DNA of 63,907 nt, the filler included, from Chrysochromulina tobinii (lineage: Eukaryota), in the NCBI GenBank assembly GCA_001275005.1. It is 11 parts of 11 records of this genome, joined end to end, with 100 filler letters (N's around TTAATTAATTAA, not from the genome) between each part and the next. Parts side by side here need not be neighbours in the genome. Positions count along the whole stretch, not along the records: positions 32,929 to 52,063 come from JWZX01000998.1; 10 more parts are not named here. One strand, 5' to 3'. The notes below the pieces were generated by a model. It made no database searches and was not told the DNA's origin. It saw only the letters and a program-made list of their open reading frames with translations. How positions within the stretch are numbered: position 1 is the first letter of the stretch; the number at the start of each line of letters is the position of its first letter. The position numbers were made by a program, and so were the translations under genes. Positions 42,598 to 52,163 of this stretch are shown piece by piece.

Positions 42598-43575
42598 ATG
42601 CCGCTCGTCCAGTCGTCGCTCCAGCAAGCAGAGACATGGCGCGGATGGTTCTCCTCCTTTTTCTCCGCGGATGCCACTGGGGGACCCCACGGTATGTCGG
42701 TCTCGGCCGAGCACATGCGGAGGGGGAATATCACTGATTGTCCCTTTTACGAGCACATGATGGGCAGCCAGTCGGCAGCGCGCTCCTCGGCACCGCCACC
42801 GCCCACTTCACCGCCGCCACCGCCGGTGCGAGTGCCTTCGGTGGGAGACTTCGATGCGAGCCCCCCGCAGACGCCTGAACGCTCGTCCTCCGAGACGCTG
42901 AGGCGCAATTGGTCGGCTTCCGACTCGCTGGTGCACGCCGAGCTGGAGAGCCCGAACAGCCCGAGCGCGGCCGAGCGGGTCTACTGCGAGAAGCGCCAGC
43001 AAGCGATCCGTGCGCTCAGCGACGAAGCACAGATGCTCGTCAGCGAGCTCTTCGCCATCGTGACCGGTGACGACGACGATGCGATGGAGACCGAGTGCGA
43101 CGATCATACGATCATTGAGCACTCCCCCGGGTACGAGAAGAGCGCGGCGCAGCGCAGCGTCGACTGCGAGCGCGTGGCGGCCATCCTGGCGAGCGGTGTC
43201 GAGGGCGTGCACGCGAATCTGACCTGGACGTACGGCGAGACTCTGCTGTGGATGGCGCTCGAGTATGACCACCGGCACCCGGCGCAGATGCTCAAGGTGC
43301 TGCTGCATGCGGGCGCGGACCCGAACGCGCCGAACGCCATCGACGGGCAACGACCACTGCAGAGCCCATGGCTAGGGGAAGCGGCGGAGGAGGAGGAGGA
43401 CGAGCATGTACCCGGCAAGCGGGCGCTCCTGATACAGGCGGGCGCCGTGTTGGTCATTAGTGGTGACGGGTCGGCAGAGATGTCTACCGGCGGCCGCGCG
43501 TACCGCAAGCGCGTCTTTGCGAGTGCGGTGGCGAGTGACGAGGTCTTCTCGCGCTCGCGCAGCTCGCTCTGGTAG
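42598..43575 (+). CDS. Ankyrin-repeat-containing protein
   Basis: YGETLLWMALE...MLKVLLHAGADPNAPNAIDGQRPL. Confidence 0.65.
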   Translation: MPLVQSSLQQAETWRGWFSSFFSADATGGPHGMSVSAEHMRRGNITDCPFYEHMMGSQSAARSSAPPPPTSPPPPPVRVPSVGDFDASPPQTPERSSSETLRRNWSASDSLVHAELESPNSPSAAERVYCEKRQQAIRALSDEAQMLVSELFAIVTGDDDDAMETECDDHTIIEHSPGYEKSAAQRSVDCERVAAILASGVEGVHANLTWTYGETLLWMALEYDHRHPAQMLKVLLHAGADPNAPNAIDGQRPLQSPWLGEAAEEEEDEHVPGKRALLIQAGAVLVISGDGSAEMSTGGRAYRKRVFASAVASDEVFSRSRSSLW

Positions 43576-44142
43576 CATGCATCCCGCAGTAGCAAGCATC
43601 CCGCAGTAGCATCCCCCGATGCGTACTGCCCCAAAGAGAGAGACGGCAAGGTGAGGCAGACGGAAGGCATGGTTGACCCGTCGACGGCTGCATGCGCATT
43701 TGGTTTAGTACCGGTAGACATGGAACGCTCACATGTAAGTCACCGTTCCGTCGGAGGCCTGCGGGGTTTATTAAAGGCCACAGGTGGATAGTAGCTAGTC
43801 AGTGCTTGTGTGTGCCCTGAGAACGGGCCTCTTCTCGACAAGCAAGCAAGCTAGTTAGTCGAAACAACACAAGTACCTAAACGAGCGCAATCGAATACCC
43901 CTGTAACCAGCAGAGTAAGGAAAGGGTGGGCGGAGAAGATGGTATGTATGCCCTGCTTGCTTGCTTGCTTGCTTGCTTGCTTCTCGACGGCCGAGGGCTG
44001 CGCTCGCAAATCCTTCGCGCTCGACAGACTTCCCCACAGCTTCGGCTACGGGCGCGATTCCAGACGCAGCACCTGGAATCGCGGCGGTCAAGCACCGCGC
44101 CGAACATCCTGCCGCGGTCGCGGAGAAGACTCTCAAAGAAGA

Positions 44143-46611
44143 ATGGCTTGCATCGGGATTGACATTGGGCAGCAGAATGCAGTCGTGGCCATTGCCCGCC
44201 GCGGTGGCATCGATGTCCTCTCAAATGAGGTCTCGAAGCCCCTGACCGCCTCCATGGTCGGCTTCTTGGGCAAGGAGCGCAAGCTGGGGGAGCAGGCGCT
44301 GTCTGGGATCACGTCCAATCTGACGAATACAATCACTGGCGTCAAGGCAGTGATTGGAAAGAAGTACCATTCGGAAGACGTGCAAAAGGAGCTCAACCTT
44401 GTGGGCTATAAGATGATTGAGGTCGGCTCTGGCAACGTGGGCATTCCAGTCAGCTACAATGAGGAGGAGGTGGTGCTGACACCCGAGCGCGCGATGAGCA
44501 TGGTGTTGAAATGCATGCAGTTCATCGCCGAGCTCGATCAGAAAGGTCCGGTCACTGACGTGGTGCTGTCGGTGCCACACTACTTTACTGACGCCGAGCG
44601 CCATGCCATGCTGGATGCCGCCAAGGTGGCCGGCCTCAATTGCCTGCGGCTCATGAACGACATCACGGCAGCTGCGCTGGCGTATGGCATCTACAAGACC
44701 GACATGCCGGTTGACAAGCCCACCCACGTGGCCTTCGTGGACTGCGGAGCGATGGATACCACGGTAGCGATCATCAGCTTCGTCAAGGGCAAGCTGACGG
44801 TCCTGTCGGTGGCGTGCGACCGGCATCTCGGCGGGCGCGATTTCGACATGATCTTGGCGGAGCACTTCGCGGCGGAGTGGAAGGAGAAGCACAAGATCGA
44901 CGCCAAGTCGAGCAAGAAGGCCATGTACCGGCTGGTCACTGCGGCGGAGAAGACGAAGAAGATCCTCTCGGCCAACCCTCAGGCGCCCATCAACATTGAG
45001 AACTTCATGAACGACATTGATGTGAAGGGCATGATGGATCGCTCGGAGATGCTCGCCGTGGCCGAGCCGCTGCTCGTCAAGCTCGACGGCATCATGGAGC
45101 AGGCCTTCAAGGCGAGTGGGCTGATGAAGGAGGACATCTCGTCGGTCGAGATCATTGGCGGCACCAGCCGCATCCCGGCGGTCAAGGACCGCATCGCCAA
45201 GTGGTTCGGGCTTGAGAGGTGCTCGACGACTCTCAATGCGGACGAGGCGATCGCCAAGGGCTGCGCGCTGCAGTGCGCGATGCTGAGCCCCGCCTTCAAA
45301 GTGCGCGACTTTTCGGTCAACGACGTCACCATGTACCCGATCGCCTTGTCATGGAGCTCGACCGGAGCGGTGGACAAGATGGAGGTGGACCAAGATGAGG
45401 GCGAGGGCGAGGAGAAGGTGCCGACGACCGGCTCGTCTTCGGTAGTCTTCTCCAAGTTCAACTCGGTGCCCAACACGAAGATGCTCACGTTTTACCGCAA
45501 GGAGGCCTTCTCTCTCTCGGCCTCATACGACTCGACTGCGACGCTGCCGATGGGCTTCCCGATGAAGCTGGCGGACTTCACGGTCACCGACATCCCCAAT
45601 CGCGCGGCCAACGCCGATGGGACGATCGACCCGGCCAAGATCAAGATTAAGCTGCGCCTGGACATCCACGGCGTGCTCACCCTCGAGAGCGCCGTGGCCA
45701 TCGAGGAGCAGGAGGTTGTCGAGGAGGTCAAGGCAGAGCCCCCGCCGCCGGCGCCGGACGCCGCGCCGCCCGCGGAAGGGGAGGCCGCCGTGCCGCCGGC
45801 CGAGGCGCCCGCCGAGCCCGAGAAGAAGAAGTCGAGGAAGGTGAAGCGGATCGCCCTGACGGTGCAGAGCAGGACCGGCGGCCTCACGTCAAAGGAACTG
45901 ATGGAGGCGCAGGAGGCCGAGGCGAACATGCAGCTCCTTGACAAGATGATCAAGGCCAACGCGGAGGCGATGAACGCGCTCGAGGCGACGGTGTACAAGT
46001 ACCGCTCGGACATTTCGGAGCGGCTGGGCCCCTTCTTCCCCGAGTCCGATAAGGAGAAGTTTGGCGAGGCGCTCACGACGATGGAGGACTGGCTCTACGA
46101 CAACGCCGATCAGGAGAAGGCGGTGTACGATGCCAAGCGGAAGGAGATGCTGGACATGTTCGCGCCGGGCGAGGAGCGCTATCTGGAGGCGGAGACGCGG
46201 CCAGATGCGTTCGCAGAGCTAGAGAAGGCGATCGCCGCCTTTGCGGGCTTCGCCTCCTCGACGGATGAGCAGTATGCACACATCAGTGCCGAAGAGAAGC
46301 AAAAGGTGGAGGCCGAGGTGGCGCAGGCGCAGGCGTTCCACTCTGAGGCAAAAGCGAAGCTGGATGCCCTCCCAGCCACGGAGATGCCGCCCGTCAAGGC
46401 CGCGGACATCAGCGCGAAGGCCGCCGCTCTCACGAAGGCGTGCAAGCCGATCATGAGCAAGCCCAAGCCCTTGCCGCCGAAGCCCGAGCCCGCTGCGGAC
46501 GCGCCGCCGGCCGAGCCGGCCACGCCGTCCGAGGGCGCCGGCGACTCACCTCCCGACGAAGGTGCGGATGCGGCGGAGGCGCCCAAGAAGGATGACATGG
46601 AGGTGGAGTGA
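44143..46611 (+). CDS. Hsp110/SSE-type Hsp70-family chaperone
   Basis: IGIDIG...RGGIDVLSNEVS, AAALAYGIYK, TTLNADEAIAKGCALQCAMLSP.FKVRDF and EDWLY motifs; acidic insertion. Confidence 0.95.
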   Translation: MACIGIDIGQQNAVVAIARRGGIDVLSNEVSKPLTASMVGFLGKERKLGEQALSGITSNLTNTITGVKAVIGKKYHSEDVQKELNLVGYKMIEVGSGNVGIPVSYNEEEVVLTPERAMSMVLKCMQFIAELDQKGPVTDVVLSVPHYFTDAERHAMLDAAKVAGLNCLRLMNDITAAALAYGIYKTDMPVDKPTHVAFVDCGAMDTTVAIISFVKGKLTVLSVACDRHLGGRDFDMILAEHFAAEWKEKHKIDAKSSKKAMYRLVTAAEKTKKILSANPQAPINIENFMNDIDVKGMMDRSEMLAVAEPLLVKLDGIMEQAFKASGLMKEDISSVEIIGGTSRIPAVKDRIAKWFGLERCSTTLNADEAIAKGCALQCAMLSPAFKVRDFSVNDVTMYPIALSWSSTGAVDKMEVDQDEGEGEEKVPTTGSSSVVFSKFNSVPNTKMLTFYRKEAFSLSASYDSTATLPMGFPMKLADFTVTDIPNRAANADGTIDPAKIKIKLRLDIHGVLTLESAVAIEEQEVVEEVKAEPPPPAPDAAPPAEGEAAVPPAEAPAEPEKKKSRKVKRIALTVQSRTGGLTSKELMEAQEAEANMQLLDKMIKANAEAMNALEATVYKYRSDISERLGPFFPESDKEKFGEALTTMEDWLYDNADQEKAVYDAKRKEMLDMFAPGEERYLEAETRPDAFAELEKAIAAFAGFASSTDEQYAHISAEEKQKVEAEVAQAQAFHSEAKAKLDALPATEMPPVKAADISAKAAALTKACKPIMSKPKPLPPKPEPAADAPPAEPATPSEGAGDSPPDEGADAAEAPKKDDMEVE

Positions 46612-46621
46612 GGAGGAGCAG

Positions 46622-46725
46622 CTGGCGCCGTGTGGCCTGGCGCCGTGTGGCCTGGCGCCGTGTGGCCTGGCGCCGTGTGGCCTGGCGCCGTGTGGCCTGG
46701 CGCCGTGTGGCCTGGCGCCGTGTGG
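46622..46725. repeat. 15-bp tandem repeat (ctggcgccgtgtggc) x7, just 3' of the Hsp110 stop
   Basis: Directly visible. Confidence 0.95.
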
Positions 46726-47760
46726 AGCGCCGAGCGGCCGAGCTATTGAGTAGACGCTGGGAGCGTAAGCTGGGGGCGACCGAGAGGAGACGATCCGAAG
46801 ATGACGACGACGAGGGACACCATGTCGAGATTGACGACGAGATTGACGAGATTGACGACGAGGGGCACCGCTAGACGTGATGTGGGCGAGCCGTCGAGGC
46901 GAGCTGTGAGAGGGTAGGGCTGGCTTGGTGTCACGGGAGCTGCGCCCGCTGACGGCGAGGAGGTTGCTGTTGAAGCGACCGAGGTGGACGACGCGGAGGT
47001 GGTTGTGATGAGGAGGTGGTCGTGATGCCAATCATGGCTCATCAGTGGCCATCAGATGGCAATCATGGCTCATCCGTGGTCGTGATGCCTATCCGATTGC
47101 CGCCGATGAGCCATGATTGCCATCTGATGGCCACTGATGCCCATCCGATTGCCGCCGAGAGTGGAACATGACGGAACATGACGAAACATGACGAAACATG
47201 ACGACGGCCCGAGGAACCCGATGGACACTACGTGGCGTGTGCTGGACACGTGCTCCCTGGTGGTGGGCCGTGACGCGTGAGGGTATGGCTTAACTTTGGA
47301 TGGACACTACGTGGCGTGCTTGAAGTGCTCCTCGAGGTGGGCTCGCTCTCTCTCTCTCGCTCGACGCTCCGGCCGCCCGAATAGTTACTAGCCGTTGCAC
47401 GGTGAGCTCGATTCCCGTATAGCGTAGCTGACGCCGGTGCGATGCGCACGTGAACGATCCCCGCGATACCACACACAGAGAGAGAGGCGAGTGCGGAGAG
47501 GCGAGTGCAAAAAAAGTCGCGTGCGTCGCATTCGTCTCCCGGCTGGTTGTGTGCGCGCTTTTCTGTTGTGTGGTGGTGTCGTGTGGAGACTCTGTGCGGG
47601 TGGGCGGGGGACTGGCAGGGCCGCTTTTGTGAGTAAATATGAACTGAGAGATCGGTTGACAGAGAGAGCCGTCGTGGGCGTTTTCCCGATTTCTGAGGCC
47701 GCTCGGGCTCGAAGTTCTCGACGCGCGGTGCCCGCTTTTGTGCCGCCGCTGTCGCGACAC

Positions 47761-50700
47761 ATGTTCACTGATGACAAACGGGTCGTCTCGCTGCGCGGCA
47801 AGTCTAAGAAGGAGGACCGTTCGGCTATCATCGCTCGCGCTGCGCGTGAGCGTGAGGACCGCGCGCGCCAGCGCGAGCGGCTTCGTGCTGCAGTGCTCAT
47901 CCAGGCTGCATATCGCGCGCTGCTCGACCTGCGCCGGCTTCGCACAGGACTACGCGCGCGCTTCGACGCGGAGATCGCGTCGCTCGATGCGCTCACCTTT
48001 GCGCCGCGCGCACTCAGTCTCGTGCGCGACCTCCTCCTCTTCCACAAGCACTCTGAGCCGAGTGATGCTGGACGGCGCAGAGCACTGCTGCAGCTGCTCC
48101 TCGAAAGCTCGGCGAGCACGGCGAGCGCATCGACCAACGCATGCGCGTGCATGTTTCTGGCCGACGCCGCGCGCTGGCGACACCAGATGCTCCGTCTCGC
48201 GGCGCTCTGCCTGCCGCACCTGCTGCAGCAGAACACCGGTGTGAACACCGGTGCCTCAGTGGCGGACGCTGCGGCGGCGGCGACGCTCGAACTGCATGCG
48301 ACGGGCTACTTGCTCGACGCGGCTGGCTGGCAGTGGGCGGCGCTGCTTCCGCCCGAGCAGCGCGCCGCGCTGCCCGCAGTCGCTTCGATCCTCGGCGTCA
48401 GCTTGGGCGCGCGGGGCCTCTATGTGCACGTGATGCTCGGGCTTCGTCGTCTGCTGCTGCCGGCGACCGCTGAGACGGGCGGTGCGCCAGCCTCGCCACT
48501 CGTGAGGCCGCTGCTCGCGCTGGGCGTGCGCGGGCTGCACGCGGCCTGCTCGAGTGGCGCGCCCGCGGCCATCCTCGACTTCGCGCGAGGGTGCTTACTC
48601 GATGGGGTTGTGTGGCCGAAACTGCCTCCGTCGCTGCTCTCCCTCCTCTTCCGAGAGGCGGTACGTCCGATGCTCGTGGCACTCGCGCCACTTGCGCCGC
48701 GGCTGACGCAGCTGCTGCTCACACCAGCCCGCACCTCCTCGGTCGCTGCCCTCGCCGCCGTCGCCGCCGCAACCACGACAGCAGCCGCCACGACCGCGGC
48801 CACGGCCGCCACCAGCGCCGCGGGCGCAGCCGCTGGCCTTTCGCCCTCGGCGCCTCTGAGCGTCGCGCATGCATGCGCTAATCTGGTGCTGTTGGTGCAC
48901 ACGTGCGCGAGTACCGCCGAGGGTGTTGACGTAGGCGACGCGCTGCCGAGCTACGTGAGCCTCATCGCTGCGTGTCAGGGGGCGATCGCATACGTCCTCG
49001 CGCGCCAACGCCCTCGCGCTGGCGGCTCGAGCGCTGGCAGCGGCGGCGGCGGTGGCGGCGGTGGCACGGCGGCGGGCGGAGCCACCGAGCTGGAGCCTAT
49101 GGACGTGGACGCCATCGGTGAGGGCGGGGGTGGGGGCGCGGATGAGGCTGCCATCACTGCTGAGGAGGCGGCAGCAGCAGAGGGTCTGTCCACCCGGCTG
49201 AGCCTTCTAGGGGCGCCCGAGCACATGGCGGCACTGTGGCGGGCGCTTCTCGCGACCCCCTCACCGCGCTCGGCCGCTACAATCATCAGCGCCACCCAGC
49301 TCGCCGCCGCCTTTTGCGAGCTGCTGTATGGCAGAGTGGGTAACGCGACCGGTGCCGCCGTCGAACCCCACCCCCGCGCTGCCGCCGCGCTCTATCGCGT
49401 GGCATTGCAGCCCGGGGCAGTGGCGGAGCTATGGGAGTTGACGGCGGCGGCACAGCCAGAATGGCACCATGCGGCTGGCGGCGCCCTGCTTTGCCTCTTC
49501 TGCGCGTGCTGCTCGCACCTGCTGATCGCCATCGACGACCACGAGTTCTTCGTAAGGGAACGCCCCTTCGCCATCGCGACGCTTCGGCCGATGATCGGAG
49601 CACTCAAGGCCGCGGCTCTCGCTACCTACTGGCCGCCGCCGCACGCGGCCGCCGCCGCGCGCGCTGCTGGCGCCGCTGGCTTGCCCACGCCCGCGCTCGT
49701 TCCGACGCTCCTGAGGCTCCTCTCGCAGCTATACGACCGCGACGCGCGCAGGTCCTTCATGGGCGGCCCATCTGCGTGGTTTGCTGACGCGTCGCGTCAA
49801 CAGACCATCGAGAGCCTCGCGCAACGAATGGATCCAGCGACGCTCGCCGCCACCCAGGCTGCGCTCCAGCTCCGGCAGCAGCAACATGCCGGCGGCGAGC
49901 ACGATGCGGACGATGTGAGCGGCGGCGCGGGCGGAGGCGCGGACGGCGGCGCGAGCGGCGGCGAGGGGGGGCTGCCTCTCTCTGAGCTCCCCGAGGCCCG
50001 CCGTGTAGCCTCTGTGCTGCTTCGCATGCCGTACACCATCCCATTTGACTCGCGGCTACGCGTGCTTCGGCGCTGGCTCAACGACGACCGCGAGGAGCGC
50101 GAGGGTATGATGCTGATGGGTCAGCTGCCCTTTATGATCACCGTGCGCCGCGAGCACCTGCTGCGCGACGCCCACGTCGCGCTGAGGGGCCTCGGGCCGC
50201 AGCTCCGTTCACCGCTGCGCGTGCGCTTCCTCGACAGCTTCGGCGCGGAAGAGGCCGGCCTCGGTGTTGGGGTTGCCAAGGAGTTTCTGGTCGACGTGCT
50301 CAAAGCAGGCTTCGACCCGGCCTTCGGGCTCTTCGCGTCGACACCCGATGGTCTCATCTACCCCAACCCGGCAGCGAAGCTGCGCGTGGAGGACGCCATG
50401 AGCCTGTACGAGACGCTCGGTGCGATCCTGGCCAAGGCGCTGTACGAAGGTATCCTCGTGGAACTGCCACTCGCGCGCTTCTTCGTAGCGCGACTCCTCG
50501 GGCGCACGAACACCATCGCCGATATGCCCGACTTCGACCGATCACTCTTCGAGTCACTCATGTTCCTCAAGCGCTTCGAAGGCTCGGCTGCGGACTTCGA
50601 AGCGCTCACGCTGGCCTTTGCCATCGAGCAGTACTCTGACGAGACGCTGCCTGCGACGGCGCGTCGGCAAGTCCCGCTCAAAGCTAATGGCGCCTCGATC

Positions 50701-51344
50701 AGCGTCAACAAGTCCAACTGCACCGAGTACGTAGCTGATTGCATCTGATCACGTAGCTGATTGCCTCGTAGTGCCTCCGAGTGCCTCAGAGTGCCTCCGA
50801 GTGCCCCTCTGATCGCGCCTGATTGGCACTGACCTCCATCATCAGGTACCTCTGGCGAGTGTCGAACTTCCGTCTGAACATCCAGCTGCACCTTCCGTGC
50901 GACGCTTTCCTGCGCGGCTTCAGCGAGGTCATCCCCGCCGCCTGGATCACCATGTTTGCGCCCGCCGAGCTCCAGCTTCTGCTAGGAGGCTCGGACGCGC
51001 CCCTCGACGTCGACGATTGGCGCGAGCACACGAGCTATTCGGGCGGGTACCATCCCGATCATCCCACCATACGTGCACTCTGGCAGGTGCTCGCGGAGCT
51101 CGACGCGCCGCGCCGCGCCGCCACACTCAAATTTGCAACGTCATGCTCGCGGCCGCCTCTGCTCGGCTTTGCGCACCTGCAGCCGCCCTTTTGCATTCAC
51201 AAAGCGACCGATCAAGAAGGGAGGCTGCCCACGTCGGCGACGTGCATGAACCTGCTCAAGCTACCGCCGTATGATTCTATCGAGGTGCTGCGCGAGCGTC
51301 TGCTGTACGCCATCGAGGCGGGTGCGGGCTTTGAGCTCTCGTGA
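47761..51344 (+). CDS. HECT E3 ubiquitin ligase, UPL6/UBE3C-like with IQ motif; intron 50727-50845
   Basis: VSLRGKS, AAVLIQAAYR, LAKALYEGILVELPLARFF and RLPTSATCMNLLKLPPY...AGFELS motifs; the 119-nt GT-AG intron joins the frames (TE|YLW). Confidence 0.92.
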
Positions 51345-52163
51345 AGAGAGAGGACGAAGCGCGCGCTCGGACGTGGGTGATCGATCACACGGGCAGTGGC
51401 CAGACGTGACGACGAGGAAGAGGAACTTTGAAGAGGACCGATCAAGAGGATGAAAAGAGAAAGACGGACGGCCGAGCAAGATACAAGTTGGGATGTGGTG
51501 TGCGTGGCTGCTGCAGCGTGCAGCTTGTGTGTTAGCTGTTACGTTACGTGTTCGCCTATCGTATCGTATGCCACATCACATATGTGATAGGTCAATTCCG
51601 AATAGCAGCAATAGGTGTTATTTTTTGGCGCGCCGCACCGATGCATGAAAGAAATGCTGACCTCCAGAAATGCTGACCCAGGAACATCCTCCTGTGGTGA
51701 AGAAGAGATAGACGGCATAGTGTTGTCGCCTCGAGCGGAGAGGGGCAATTGGAGAGGGGTAAGTTCAAAGTTGCATATTGGTAAGATAGTTGACAAACCC
51801 GCGCAACACCTGTACTATTGTACTCGCGGCGCTTCGCACACGAGACCACTCCAAAGTCCACGGGGCTCGGAAAATCCCTCATGGAACGACACACGCACCG
51901 GTACAACGCGAAGCACATAGATGAGACGTCAAGTTCGAAACAGCGTAACGACAAATCGGCTATCGGGGTTGCGTAGGGGAACCGTCGGCTGTCACAGTCG
52001 GCGTCGCATCCCCATCAAAACGTCCAATACAAATGCGTGAGCTCGTCTGCGTCCAGGGTGGTCNNNNNNNNNNNNNNNNNNNNNNNNNNNNNNNNNNNNN
52101 NNNNNNNTTAATTAATTAANNNNNNNNNNNNNNNNNNNNNNNNNNNNNNNNNNNNNNNNNNNN

